Positions 1 through 13,809 of a stretch of DNA of 64,000 nt are shown one piece after another. The position numbers and the translations under genes are program-made. Source of the DNA: Mobula hypostoma (taxonomy: Eukaryota); assembly GCF_963921235.1 (NCBI RefSeq), contig NC_086108.1, positions 67,024,001 to 67,088,000 of the forward strand. The letters run 5' to 3'. The notes beneath the pieces were generated by a model. That model worked only from the letters and a program-made list of their open reading frames with translations, was not told the origin of the DNA and did not search any database. How positions within the stretch are numbered: position 1 is the stretch's first letter; each line of letters opens with the position of its first letter.

Positions 1-1614
1 TCACTACTAAGCCCAACCCCACCACTAGTTTCCAACTGCCTACCTTTGTCCACTGTCCACTGATTGTGATCCTACCAGCACCCCTCACAAATGTCTCCAT
101 GCGTCCTGGGATTGACAGCCCAACTCTGAACGCCGTATCCTGCACAAAACTGTTACAAGTCCAACATAGTCAATCTCCTTTCTAATCTATTATCATCTAG
201 AAGACCTCCTTGAACATTATTTTGTTCTTGTAGTTACAAGAATATCAAGATGCTTTGGAAATCTTAGAGACCACAATGTTCATATTTTTACAGAGAATTC
301 TAATGTGAAGCTTGGATGGAATTGCAAAATGCCAAGTGAAACTCACTTTGTTTTGGAAAGTGAAGACAGATTGATTTTAGATCTCATTAACTCTACATCA
401 TAAGCTCAATATTTCGTTCATCAGGAATCAAAGGATTCATGCATTAAGGATGCAAAATATACTGATGATGGCATAAATAACGTCACTGAAATAAATACGT
501 AAAAGGTATAAATCAAAACTGTAGATCAATGGTTCAAAGTTGAAGTCCGATCTGGAAAGTCAGAGGATGGTTATAAACTCGGGAAAGTCTTGGAAATCTT
601 TTCATTCAATTGCAAATCTTTCTCATGTGATTCTTGTTATTCGCCACACGTTAAATCAAACCCCATTTGTCACAAATAACAGTTAGAACAAATATTTAAG
701 CAACAAGTAAGTGGGAGATGAAATGAAAATAATATTCTGAGCCAATACAGCTTAGGATTCATTTAGTACATGATGTTACATTTCCTTTCATAGGTGGTTT
801 TATTTAGTTATAGAAATTAAGAGAAAAACACCAAAAACGTGAAGAAGTTAATTATGGAGTATATTACCATTTCCTTTAAGTATTATGTATTATTTGTCTT
901 ATTCTTTTATAGGTCATACTTCCTTTTGAAATGTGTTAGTTGGATAGGAAAGGCTTGTACATTTTTTGCCAAAAGCCCTCAGGTGTTCATGGCAACAGCT
1001 CCATCAGACTGGAACATTTTGTAGCCAAACCACTGAAGCTAATAAAAAAAATTCAAAGAGCCCTCAAACTTCTTTCAGGAAGCTGGCAAGAATCAGTCTT
1101 CCTGTCAGGCTGTTAAAGCCACAAACTAACCTACGAGCCCAAACAGTCACACCCACTTGCAGAAATGGGTACAATTTAGTAATCATCCCTCTTTTTAAAT
1201 TTAATTGGAGCTTTACTTCCCATTTACTTGAGTGATGCCACAGGGAACCAGTGCTTGGAGTTAATGCGAATCTCCTCACCAAAACCACATTAGACTCTAA
1301 ATGCAGCACGACATGGCAGGTTAGTGAATTTGCTGTCTGTCAGGGTGAAAAACACTCACACGTGGCTTTAATTTGCCATGTGTTTACTGCCATCACTCAC
1401 TGAAGTGCTAGGATACCAACCTGCAAACAAACTCCTAACAAGAGCCAGGAAAGTAGAAAATAGAATTCTGCAAGCCTGAATTAAAAGAATACTATTTATT
1501 TGAACTCATTCTGGAACCAGACCAGGAAAGAAGTTTACATTCTTTGGATCAGTCAGGGCTCTGGAACCTTCTCTTTGGTTCCCTCTCAGCTATAGGGTTT
1601 CTAAGATTTTAACA

Positions 1615-2472
1615 CTAAGCATATCTTTCCTTCCCTCCCACTTTCCACTGGGATTTCTCCCTATCTGACTCCTTGTCTATTCGTCCCTCCCCACTGATCT
1701 CCCTCCTGGCACTTATCCTTGCAACCAAAACAAGTGCCCTACCTGGCCCTACACCTCCTCCCTCACTACTATTCAGGGTCCCAAACAGTCCTTCCAAGTG
1801 AGGTGACATTTCCCCTGAGTCTGTTGGGGTCACCTACTGTATCCGGAGCTCCCGGCGTCGCCTCCTGTATATCTGCCGAGCACCTACACTCCATCCACCA
1901 GAAAAAGTGGGATCTCCCAGTGATGGCCCATTTCAATTCTGGTTCCCATTCCCCTTCTGACATGTCAGTCCTTGGCCTCTACTTCTGCGATGAGGCCATA
2001 TCAGGTTGGAGAAACAATATCTTATATTCCATTTGGATAGCCTTCAACCTGATGGCATGAACACTGATTTCTTGAACTTCCAGTAATTGACAACTCCCCC
2101 CCGCCCACTTCACCATTCCTGTTTCCCTCCCTCACCTCATCTCCTTATCTGCCCATCACCTTCCTCTGTGGTCCTCCCATTTCCCTCTCTTCCATGTTCT
2201 TCTACCCTCTCCTATCAGATTCCCCCTTCTCCAGCCCTTTATCTCTTTCACCAAACAACTTTGCAGCTCCTTACTTCATCCCTCCCCCTCTCTTGGTTTT
2301 ACCTATCACCTACTACCTTTTACTTCTTCCTCCCCTTGCCCACCTTCTTGCTCTGACTTCTCAATTTTTTTTCTCATTCCTAATGAAAGGTCTCAGCCTG
2401 AAACGTCAACTATTTACTCTTTTCCATACATGCTCCCTTGCCTGCTGAGTTTGTCCAGCATTTTGTGTGTGT
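1615..2472 (+). mobile_element. Penelope-like element 3' fragment (degenerate GIY-YIG region plus terminal repeat with decayed hammerhead motif)
   Basis: ggggtcacctactgtatccgg...ctcctgtatatc resembles GVxYCIxC..C..LYIG (GIY-YIG). It is followed by a pyrimidine-rich tract and CTAATGA..GAAACGTC at 2380-2407. Homologous to 62873-63870. Confidence 0.75.
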
Positions 2473-2749
2473 GTAACACCCACCTACCCACTTTATCCCT
2501 CAATTCTGTTCATGCCAGGAATGTATAGTATTGCCTTTTCATCTAATGAGAGTTTGCCTTTTATCACGTAAATTTAGCGCATTTTTGTTTTATACAGAAA
2601 CATGAATGAATTCATCATAAACAGTAAATTCATAAGTTCAAGAGAAATAAAATGTTAGTGATATTTTATGTGAGAAACACAGCACTGATTTCAATATGAA
2701 GTGAAATTTTCATTTCAATCCTATTACAATATCTCGCTGAATTTACCTC

Positions 2750-3498
2750 AAACAAGTGATGCATTTTGGGAAGGTACTAAGGGCAGGACATAGACAGTGC
2801 ATGGCTCTTCGAAATATTATAAAACAGAGAGAAACCCAGGGATACCAGTAAATAGTTACCTGAAATGGAAAAAAATATTTACCCAAGGTGGTGAAGAAGG
2901 TCTTCAACAGCCAGTGTTGAATGCAAGAGTTGAGACGTTATGTTACAAACTTACAAGATGTTGGTAAAACATTTTCTAATGTTTGCGCGGTTCTGGTCAC
3001 CATATGAAGGGAAGGGTAAAGATAAAACTAGAATGGATACAGAACAAAATTCAGAAGAAAGTTGCCAAAACAGAGAGTTTGTGTTACAAGGGGAGACAGA
3101 ATAGGCTAGGACATTTTTCCTTCGAGTGAAAGAAGCTACAGGCAAACATTATTGAAGTTTATAAAAATTTTGATGGGCCTAGATAAGGTGGATATCTTTT
3201 TCCAAGATTTGAGAATCTAAAGTAAGAGTGTATATTACAAGTTAGGAGGGGAAAGATTTAAAGTGGACTTTAGGGGCATTTTTTCCACACAGAGTGCATG
3301 GAATGAGCTGCCAGAGGAAGCAGCAGTTGTGGACACAAATAAAACATTGAAAAGATATATGGACAGGTATATGGATGAGAAAGGTTTAGAAGGACATGGG
3401 TCAAGTACAGGCAAATGGGAGGAGCTCAAGCAGGCATGTTAGTTAGCATGCTTGAGTTGGGCTGAAGAGCCTGCTTCTGTGCTATAGAACTCTATGAC
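2750..3498 (+). mobile_element. CR1 LINE 3' fragment, decayed
   Basis: Degenerate RT C-terminus and CR1-type 3' end (gggctgaagagcctgcttctgtgctatagaactctatga), shared with other copies in the window. Confidence 0.75.
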
Positions 3499-6400
3499 CC
3501 GGACGCACTTTTCAATATTAAAAAGGTATTATATAAATGTACAATGTTGCAGTTGAATTGTTGGACTACACATCTGAACAAAGCGAACAAAACAAACCTC
3601 AGCAAAAATAAATGATAATGAATGAATAATGAATGGGAAATACAGAAAGTGTCGGGCATAATTAGCTAATTTATTCTCTGGTTGGTAGGCTGGTTTGTGC
3701 TGCCACTAATTTTTGTTTCTATACTGAACTGTCAGCTTCTGAGCTCTGGGTTAAAACATAAGTGCCCATTCCAGTGACCTCCATGTGCAAAATAAAAACC
3801 AACCAGGTCTTGCTCAGCAGGACCATGTTATAAATGGCTATCGGTAATGGTTCTAGACAGCTGTTAATACTTGTTTTTGATTTCTACTCATTTAACCGAA
3901 ATGCCTTTAAGCACTGCATTTATGTATATCAAATTAAGCGTGCTTGCAGTCCAAGAATTTCTGGTTGCAAATTGCTCGTTGTTTCTATTTAAATAATTTG
4001 GAATTAAATTCAACTAACTTTACTTGTTGTAAAAAGAACTGCCGACAAAACTTCTTTCTCAGTTATCCAACTAAGAAAATGTTCCTTTTCCTGTGTCTGG
4101 GAAACAATAAATGTCCCCTTCAAATTTATAGTCACTGCCATTAATACATCACACAAGGAAGTCTGAAGAATCCAGGAAGGGCAGAAGATTACACTATATA
4201 TTCAAATAACATTCCAGTATGGGTATTCAATAGCAATGGGCCTGCCTTCAAGATCTGTGACCTATAACGCTACACACGTGGCTCCCAGTTATTAAAGATT
4301 GATTTGGTGGAAGTGACCCCACAGAGGCAGAAATATGAATATATTTTATGTTCCATTTTCCTCTATCCATGTTAACTGCAAATGGACTCTTGTCACTTGA
4401 CAGGAAGGCAAATTCAGTATCTCCCAGAAACAATGTTTTTTTAATGTAATTTTACACTGAAGATTGTGTCTTTTGTACAAACACTTATATCACTTTCCAA
4501 CAGCTCCAAGAATGAAATGAAATGTGCCAGGTCTAATGGCAATGCTGGAATCCTTTATGATTTTGGTTCCCTCAGGGGAGAAATTAATCTGTAACTTTCC
4601 CATTAGACATTAAGTTCCAGTCACATGAAAGAGCAAAGGGGCAGTGTGCTGGTGATTTACCCAAATCAAAATCCATGAAAAATAACCTGGACGAAGTATT
4701 AATGTACTCCCTTGGGATAAATCTGTCTACGTGCCTTCAAGCTTGCATTGTATTCTTGGGAATGAACACAAGAGGGGCGCCTGTTCAAGGACGTGCAGCA
4801 CCCAAGAACTCAGGCCAACTCTTTAACTCTGTGGCCTCATTCCTCCATTCTTCTTCCCTGACTTGATCAAGCTCTTGTGCCAAGTGCATTCAGGCTCCTG
4901 AGAATTAGATTATTTTTGCATCTGGTATCCACAAATTTCATACTAAATTCATACCCAGAGTGTAATAAATTTGATTCAAGAAAGCAGCACAGAGCAAGTC
5001 ACACAGCTATTTAAATGTCTCCACCCAAAATGAGAGTTGGAGGGGAGCCCACTGTAAGAGCAAGCGTCACCATAGCAACGTGGAATATTCCATGACATCA
5101 GCAATGCACAGCAAGCATTGATGATGGAAGGGTCACCTTCCATCACTAGCTGGGCACAGCCAAAATGGAAACTCCACATAAATAAAAGAGTATGTGATTT
5201 TTAGAACGTAGAACGATACAGCACATACAGGTCCTTCAGCTCAAGGTATTGTGCCAACCCTTCAACCTACTCTATGATAAATCTAATCCTTTCCTCCCTC
5301 ATAGCCCTCCATTTTTCTTTCACCAATGTTCATATTTTTTTATTGAAATACAAGTTTGGCTCTGGAATTTCTAAAGTCTGGATTTAGCACATCCAATGAA
5401 AGTTTGATTATATTGCTTACCCAAATAAGTCATGCAAAAATCATAACAATTTACTTCAGATCAGTGACCATTCACTGTTAGATACAGTGCTGAAATCTGG
5501 AATTATTAACTGTTCTGGATCAACATGTTAAACTGAAGGAGCTAATCCAAATGGTGCCCCTTGAAGACAATTGCTTGGTGGCTTTCTGGCAATGTAGAAA
5601 CCCAAATACATTACAATTTCATCTTTTAATTCTGGTTAATTTTTAGCTCATTGTTTTCTTAAGTTGATTATTTCCAACATTTTTTTTTCAATAATTTCCT
5701 AAAACTAGTTGTTGGGTTAAAAGTCTAGAGGCACTAGCCAACACCCCAAGTTTGTGCCTGCATTTTCAAAAATACATTGAGCTAAGATCACACCCTGGCA
5801 ACGAGAGCCTGAGTAGGTGCCTGAAACCTTGGGCTCTCGCTGCCTGGGTGTGAACTTCTCAGATTTACGTTTGCACATTATCCACTACTGTGGATGAAAG
5901 TGAATTTGGGCAAGAAGATAAAACAGACACAATTACTCTTCTCACTTACATGACAGGTCTGATGTCTGCTTTGATTAGGGTCAAGAGAATGGAATTTTGC
6001 AAGGGGTATATCATGTGTACCAAAGCCACAGTATCAGCTGTCACCCGTTATGTGTACGTGATTCGAACCCACTTGGGCCTTACTCACTTCAAGTTCAAGT
6101 TTATTGTCATTCAACATTTATGCAGCTAAATAAAACATCAATCCTCTTGGACCAAGGTGCAAAACACAGTGCCTATAGTTACGATCCAGCAAACACAGTT
6201 GCAAAAAGATTTTAGCGGAAGTAGCTGAGAGGCATGGCCTGAAGATCAACAGGTTGACATAAAGTGCGAGGTGTATGTTTATATAAGACAGTATAATGTT
6301 ACTGGCACTCAATGTTCCCTCTAATTTGCAATGACTTGCGCGCGTGAAAATCTTGTGCTGTGAAATTTTTGCCCAGTGACAACAACATGTGTGCACTGAA

Positions 6401-6966
6401 TAACTTCTTCAATAAATAAGCCAGTTCTAAAACCTGCAGACAAATCATCACAAGCTCCACGTCATCAACACTGTCCGCATTAGAAACTGGAAAAGGAAAT
6501 GGGATTGTGCACAATCATGAAATACACTTAACATGCCAACAAGGTAGAGGGTGACAACATTTTGTGCACAGTTTAAATTCCTTTGTGTGTTAGTAGCAAA
6601 GTGCACACACACCTTAGAGGGAACATTGCTGGCACTATTATAATAAATCAAGCAGCAGTATACACATGTGAAACAGCAACAATAAAAGATGAAAAAGTGA
6701 CTAGTCGATCAGTGACCAGGGCATTCAGACAGAGTGTACATTCATGTGTGCTGAGTGGCAGCGGGATATTATGACGTCTAACAGCCTGGCGGAAGAAACT
6801 GTTACCCAGCCTAACAGCTCTGATGCTGTTGTACTTTCTGCCTGACAGACAGCAGGAGGAAGGCTGGGAGTGGGGGGGGGGGGGGGTGTCTTTGACAATT
6901 CTTAAGGCACTGCATATGGAGCAGTTCTGATCTATCTTCCTGAATGGGGGAGGGAAGGGAGATGCC

Positions 6967-7265
6967 TTTCCTTCTCCCTGGGTCTCCTGTCCCATGATCC
7001 TCTCATATCCCTTTTGCCAATCAACTGTTCAGCTCTTGGCTCCATCCCTCCCCCTCCTGTCTTCTCCTATCATTTCAGATCTCCCCCTCCCCCTCCCACT
7101 TTCAAATCTCTCACTATCTCTTCCTTCAGTTAGTCCTGACGAAGGGTCTCAGCCCGAAACGTCGACTGTACCTCTTCCTAGAGATGCTGCCTGGCCTGCT
7201 GCGTTCACCAGCAACTTTGATGTGTGTTGCTTGAACTTCCAGCATCTGCAGAAATCCTCGTTTTC
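6967..7265 (+). mobile_element. Penelope-like terminal-repeat insertion inside an older minus-strand Rex1-like fragment
   Basis: Exact 10-bp TSD GGGAGATGCC at 6957-6966 and 7266-7275; sequence closely matches 36578-36764. Confidence 0.85.
7132..7167 (+). ncRNA. Minimal type I hammerhead ribozyme motif (Penelope-associated), intact core
   Basis: AGTC-CTGACGA-A-GGGT-CTCA-GCCC-GAAAC-GTC-GACT: conserved CUGANGA and GAAA boxes, helix I AGTC/GACT, helix II GGGT/GCCC, palindromic ACGT helix III, and a predicted GUC cleavage triplet ending at 7163. Confidence 0.75.
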
Positions 7266-7789
7266 GGGAGATGCCAATGATGTTTTCAGCTGTCCTCACT
7301 ATCCGTTGCAGGGTCCTGCAATCTGATGCACTGCAATTCGCATACCAGACGGCTGGTCAGGACACTCTTAATGGTGCTCTAGTAGAATGTGGTGAGAATT
7401 CACTTGCTTCAGTCTCCTCAGGAAGGAGGGGCACGGTTATCCTCTCTTGGCTAAAGAGGTGGTGTTAAGGGACCAGGTGAGGTCATCAATAACATGCACG
7501 CCACGAAACTTGATGCTCCTGACTCTCTCCACAGAGAAGCAGTCAATTTCTGCCTGCCTGGCCCAGAACTGATGAAGTCAAGCACCTCTCAAGGAACCAC
7601 ACGCCTTTCTGAAATGTACAGTTCAATGTGTAGTGCTTTTAGCAGCTGAGACTGTCACTTGTTTGTAGCTCTCCCCCTTCCTCAAAATACTTAAATGCTG
7701 AAACTATTTAGTAAATAAGATTGTGTTTGCAGTGTACCTGGTATCTCAATGAATAAGAACACACTGAGAAGTTAAACCAGAACAGAACA

Positions 7790-8518
7790 TACATAGTGAA
7801 TGGCAGGACCATGTGAGGGTGCCATTAAACAAAAATACCTAGGGGTAGAAGTACGCAATTCCCTGAAAGTGTCAATGCTTTTAGACAGGGTCTTGAAGAA
7901 GTCCTTAGTCAGTCAGGGCATTGAGTCCAAGAGCTGGGACATCATGTTATAGTTGTACAAAATGTCCTTGGAGGAATGGGTACAGTTCAGGCTGCCACAC
8001 TGCAGAAAGGATGTGATTAACCTAGAAAGGGTACAGAAAATATTCACAGTGCTGTTGCCGGGACGAGAGAAGTTTGAGTTACAAAGGAGAGGTTGGACAG
8101 GCTGGGTCTTTTTTTGAAGCAAATGAGGCAGAAAGATGTCCTTACTGAGGTTTATAAAATCATGAGGGCATAGACAAGGTGGATGGTCAAAGTCATTTTC
8201 CCAGAGTAGGAGTGTCTAAAATTAGACACCATAGGTTTAAGGTGAGAGGGAGGAGGTTTAAAGGCGATCTGAGGGTTAAGTTTTTCACATGTTTTTCCAG
8301 TTGGTATCTGGAATAAGCTGCTAGAGGAGACGGTGGAGGCAGGAAGTTACAACATTTAATAAGCATCTGGACAGGTACTTGAATGAAATCGGCATATAGA
8401 CATATGGAATTAATGCAGACAAGTGGGATTAGTATAGATAGGCATGTCAGTTGAATTAGATATAGTACGTTGGGCCGAGAATCCTGTTTCTATGCTGTAC
8501 AACTCTTATTCTGACTCT
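7790..8518 (+). mobile_element. CR1 LINE 3' fragment
   Basis: Degenerate RT C-terminus (ctagaaagggtacagaaaatattcac, LERVQKIFT-like) and CR1 3' end. Confidence 0.75.
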
Positions 8519-9414
8519 TACGTCTGTGCCAAAAAGAAAGATTTACTTTCTGAAGACTTAGACAGATTGATTATGGACCTCTACTTTCCATTAGCTTATG
8601 AGAAGTGCTATCTTGTAATCTGCTTCCACTTTTATAATGTCGAGGAGGGTCCGATCTTGTGTAAATTTGACATCACCACATTAATAACTGTCCTTGCCCT
8701 ATCATATTTGCATCTGTATTGAAACTGACAGAAAGTGACTGGACATATCTGAAGTACTTAACTTAACCTGGATCCGAGCTGTGGCACTTAACAGCTCCAC
8801 AACCGAGTTCTGCAATCGGCCTCTAAAAGCTTCACAAAGGTAATTAAACATACACACTGCCAAAAAAAAGGCCTTATCAATTAGCTCCATATCAAAAGTA
8901 ATTACTACAATAACACAGCCTTCTCAATAACTAACAGGGTCGCTATTATGGATAACACATTGCCACCAAAGTAAAATTAACTGTAGCCATCAATTTTAAA
9001 GCTACTACCTCTATTCATCCCCTTAATATGAAAAGGAAAGTCATTAGAACATGCTTCATTCACATGGAATTTAAAATAACATTTCTCAACTGCATACATA
9101 TAAAGTATTCAGTTGAAAATTAATGTTGTATTTCAGAAAATACTTATTTTGTAAAGACAAAAAAAACAATAACGGTTAAATAATTGTGCAGTTCTGGAAC
9201 ACATGTTTCTTAAAACTTAAGGTTGAAGCTAAGGCTATGACAAGAAAATTTCTTGATGTTATTCATAACATCAAGAAGAAATTATTAGTAACAGGTTACT
9301 GATGTAAAAATCACGAGAGAAAAATCTTACCCAAATAAACAGTCTCCAACAGAAGTCATTTCATAGCAACGAGGAGCAGGATTGGTTTTCCTTGAAGTTT
9401 TTACTAATATGGTT

Positions 9415-10590
9415 CCATGCCTAGAGTGCATTTTGGAAAGTCTGTTCACTTAGCTGTCTTTCTCCTCCCTGCGTACAGACAGAAGCTAAAGAGCAAGGCT
9501 CCAGAGATAAGAACAACAACAAGTTGGTCAAGAGAGACAGAGGAGCGGCTATGGGATTTCTTCAAGCCAGTGGACTGGGCCGTGCTCAAGGGACCATTAG
9601 AGGATCTGAATGAATACACCACAGTTGTAGACAAGTGTGTTCCCACAAAATCATTCCGAGTCCTCCTCTACCGAAACCCTGGATGAACCAGGAGATCCAC
9701 AATCTGCTGAGGGCCAGATCGGTGACATCCATGTCTGGCAACCAGGTAAGGTACAAGAAGTCCAGGTACAATTTCTGGAAAGCTATCTCATGGGCAAAGT
9801 GGAAATTCTGCACCAAACGAACTACTGAAGGATACTTGACAGCTCTGGCAGTGCTTGAATGCTATTACCTCTTACAAAGTGAAACCAAATGACATAGGTG
9901 TCAATGCCTTCTATCCTCACTTTGACCATCAAAGCATAGAGTAACCATCACAAACTCTCACAGTCCCCACTGACTCTGTGATTTCAGTCTCAAGAGGAAT
10001 GTGAGAGCATCCTTCAGGGAGGTGAACCGCAGGAAAGCAGTCGGCCCTGTTGGGTTACCTGGCCGAGTACTAAAGACCTGTGCTGATCAACTGGTTGGCG
10101 TGTTCACTGTTATTTTTAATTTCTCACTTCAGCAGTCTGAGGTACACACCTGCTTCGAGGAGGCTTCAATTATACTGGTGCCTAAGTAGAACGTGACAAT
10201 CTGCCTCAAAGACTATCATCCCGTAGCACTTACATCCACTATAATGAAGTTCTTTGAGAGGTTAGTGAGAAAACATACCAACTCCTGCCTGAGAAATGAC
10301 TTGTTTCAGCTCCAGTTTGTCTACCAGTGCAACAGGTCTGCAATAGATGCTATTTCATTGGTTCTTCACTCAACCATGGAACCTCAGGACAGCAAAGATG
10401 CATACATTAGAAAAATCTTTAACACCTACAGTTTGGCATTCAGTACTATCATCCTCTCAAATCCAATCAATAAGCTTCAAGACCTTGGCCTCGATACCTC
10501 CTTGAGCAACTGGATCCTTGATTTCCTTGCAGACCCCAAACAGTTTGGTAGCAACAACATCTCCCCAAAAATCTCCATCAGTGCTCTTGA
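9415..10590 (+). mobile_element. Rex1/Babar-like LINE fragment (linker plus RT N-half), frameshifted
   Basis: ORF pieces LLPAYRQKLK, KPWMNQEI, KAVGPVGLPGRVLKTCADQL, DYHPVALTSTIMKFFERLV. Confidence 0.8.
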
Positions 10591-11129
10591 AGTGTGGATA
10601 TAAATCTTACATTTACTCCATAACAGCAAACAAGCCTTGATATTAATCACTGAATCCATAACCATTCTCAGAGATGACTGCTGTAAAACAAAACTACATC
10701 ATTACCCTAACACTTCTCTCAATCTTTCTTGCGCAGTATTTCTCCTCACCTCCACCAGCTTTCCAAAAGAGTGAAGCTAATCTTGAAAACCAAAGGGAAG
10801 CTGTTCAATCTACCCTCCAGAAACAAGCTTGTTCAAACTTCAGCATTTTGTGTTTGTTGAGTGATCCCTATACTCCAACATGCTTCAGAGACAGGACTAC
10901 CTACAGCAAATATCAATCAGAATCAGATTTATTACCTCTGACATATGACATGAAATTTGTTGTTTTGCAGCAGTAGTACAGTGCAAAGACATAAAATCCA
11001 TAAAGTACGAAGATACTTCATAAAGTATGAAAATAAATAAATAAAGAAGATAAAAAAGGAATAACAAGGTAGTGTTTGTGGGTTCATGGACATTCCAGAA
11101 ACTTACAGAATCCCCAAAATCTAAGTAAA

Positions 11130-11540
11130 CCTGTGTCCTCTCCCAGGCCAGCATTCCTGGCTTTGAAGACCTGATTACACCCATCAGCAACATTGGGGAG
11201 CTTGTGCTCCTTTTATACATGACATCAGACAAACACTACTGCAAGCTCTTCTGTGAGAACAGACTACCAGGTGGGCAAGGAACAAGATTTAAGGATGTGC
11301 TCAAACCCTCATTAAGGAAATGCAACGTCCTTGCTGTTTCCTGGGAATCTTTGGCCCATAACCACTCAAGAAGCCTTTGGATGGTATTGAGAAATCCAAT
11401 GCAAGGGGCAGAAGGAATGCACCACCTTTCAAGCTACCATCCTGCGTCCCAGCATCAAGATCCTGCTCCGTCTTATTAACTATCTCAGAACCCTCAAATC
11501 AGGAGTACAAAAAGTTCACCTTCAGTCCCAAGAGGAAGAC
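11130..11540 (+). mobile_element. RTE-clade LINE 3' remnant
   Basis: RLPGGQGTRFKDVLKPSLRKCN resembles the RTE C-terminal region. Confidence 0.55.
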
Positions 11541-11597
11541 TGATGTATGAGGAATGAGAAATATCTGTTCCAAGCTGAATATGCTAGGTTATCTTAA

Positions 11598-12456
11598 GGG
11601 GGTGATGAATCAGCATACAGGGGGGAGACTGAAAATTTGGCTGAGTGGTATAGCAATGACAACCTCTCACTCAATGTCAGTGAGACCAAGGAACTGATTG
11701 TAGACTTCAGGAGAGGGAAACCAGAGGACCATGAGCCAGTAATCATCGGAGGATCAGAGGTGGAGAGGGCCAGTAACTTTTAATTGCTGGTTTTCACTAT
11801 TTCAGAGGACCTGTCCTGGACCCAGCATATAAATATTATTGTGAAGAAAGCACAACAGCGACCCTACTTCCTCAGGAGTCTGTGGATGTTTGGCGTGTCA
11901 TCGAAAACCTTGGCAAACTTCTACAGATGTGTGGTGGAAGGTGTGCTGACCGGCTGCATTACAGCCTGGTAATGGGACACCAATGCCTTTGAGTGGAAAA
12001 TCCTACAAAAGGTAATGGATTCAGCCCAGTACATCATGGATAAAACTCTCTCAACTATTGAGCACATCTACATGAAACATTGCCATAGAAAAGCAGCATC
12101 AATCATCAAAGATCCTCACCACCCAGACCATGCTCGTTTCTCGCTACTGCCATCAGGAAGGTGGTACAGGAGCCTCAGAACTTGCACCACCAGGTTCAAG
12201 AACAGTTATTCCCATCAGCCATCAACCTCTTGAACAAAAGGGGATAACTACACTCATTTAAGGACTCTGTTATATTGTTATTTCATGCTTGTGATTTATT
12301 GCTATTTATTTATATCTGTATTCGCACAGTTTATTTACAATTTACAGTTACTGTTCTATAGATTTGCGAAGTATGCCCACAGAAAAAGAATCTTAGGGGT
12401 ATATGTGGCAACATGTACAGTGTGTACTCTGAAAATAAATTTCACTTTGAGCTTTA
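11598..12456 (+). mobile_element. Rex1/Babar-like LINE 3' fragment
   Basis: LNVSETKELIVDFR, KKAQQRPYFLRSL, IIKDPHHP..FSLLPSGR motifs; ends aataaatttcactttgagcttt. Confidence 0.8.
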
Positions 12457-12599
12457 ATTGCAAGTTGCTGTCTGGAAATACATGTCTCGAAATTCTTTCT
12501 GTATATTATAAATTTGTACATCGCTGAAATACCACCTCTTCAGGGAAACCAACTCCCCCAAAATATTTCTATACGTCTTCCGATATGCTTCAGATACAG

Positions 12600-12696
12600 C
12601 AACACACACCAAAGTTGCTGGTGAACGCAGCAGGCCAGGCAGCATCTCTAGGAAGAGGTACAGTCGGCATTTCAGGCCGAGACCCTTGGTCAGGAC
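12600..12696 (-). mobile_element. Short Penelope-like terminal-repeat insertion whose 5' end is at the hammerhead motif
   Basis: 14-bp TSD with one mismatch (TGCTTCAgATACAG 12586-12599 / TGCTTCAtATACAG 12697-12710). The minus strand starts GTC-CTGACCA-AGGGTCTCGGCCT-GAAATGCC-GACT, a mutated core. Confidence 0.8.
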
Positions 12697-13809
12697 TGCT
12701 TCATATACAGTATCTTTTCCATTGATACACATTCCTAGATCTCAAGCACAGCAGATGTTGGCAGGTATGTCTGCATTACTACACTGTAAAAAGTACCAAC
12801 TTCTCTGACTACCCGCAAACGCTTAAGATTTACTTCCTGACAACCTCCAGCTATTTACTGTTGATGCTCCACATGGCCTCATTAAGCAACTATTAGCACA
12901 TCATTATATCAATGTGCCTCCTTTATCTTCCTTCAATTGTTAAGACAGTCACATCATTCCACATGCAGGACTTCCAAGGCTTCCTGCCATTCATGGGAGG
13001 TGGAGAAAGAGAGCAAACAAGCAGGAAAGAGGAGTTGACATTATCAGTTAAGGAAAATGTAAACAGAGAAAGCAACAGCACCAAGAGAACCCTGGAGAAA
13101 TCTATGGCGAGACTGGCACCAGGTTTACAAGACACAATTAATTCTGAAAAAAATACCAACGGGGAGTCTGCACAAAGACGGTTCATTAAAATGGAGTTTA
13201 AGAAATCTAACAGATTTACATGAAAAAAGGGAACAACACTAAATCCTTGTTTATTCTCCACTGAACAGCATTTCCATAAGTCAATGCTGTATCTCCATAT
13301 TAAAAACAAATTCCTTCCTTCAGAAGCCAAATCATATAAACTCAAATACTAGATAATGGGGTTTTGTGAAATCTCTATTTTCAGTTTATAACTTGAGACC
13401 GTTAACCATGATTTCATCCAGTTTACATTATATCTGCCAACAGCTAGCTAACGTGGTGATAAACATCTCAATTCTGAGAAATAAATATAGTCACTTCCTC
13501 CAAGACAGTATTCATTTTTATATATTCAAATCCAAGATTTGATGAGAAGATCTAATCAAACAGAATTGTTTTATTCAACAACAGGAAAGATGTATTTGCC
13601 ATCTATTCCATTAAATTAGTCACTACTTTTCTTCTTCAAAAATTGAATTATAGCTATTTGAATTATGCAACCAAACATCAACAACAAAAAATTTGGCACT
13701 AATGTTAGTTCAAATTTATAGACAAATCAAATAAAATTGGCTAGCATTAGTAAAATAATTGGATTAGTTAAAAGGAGAAGAAAATGTAGGTTTTATTAAA
13801 TATTAATAA

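Noticed and set aside
12912..13345. Overlapping 103-aa and 140-aa ORFs
   Set aside because: No recognisable domain or clear splice sites; ESAQRRF looks like a decayed CR1 remnant.
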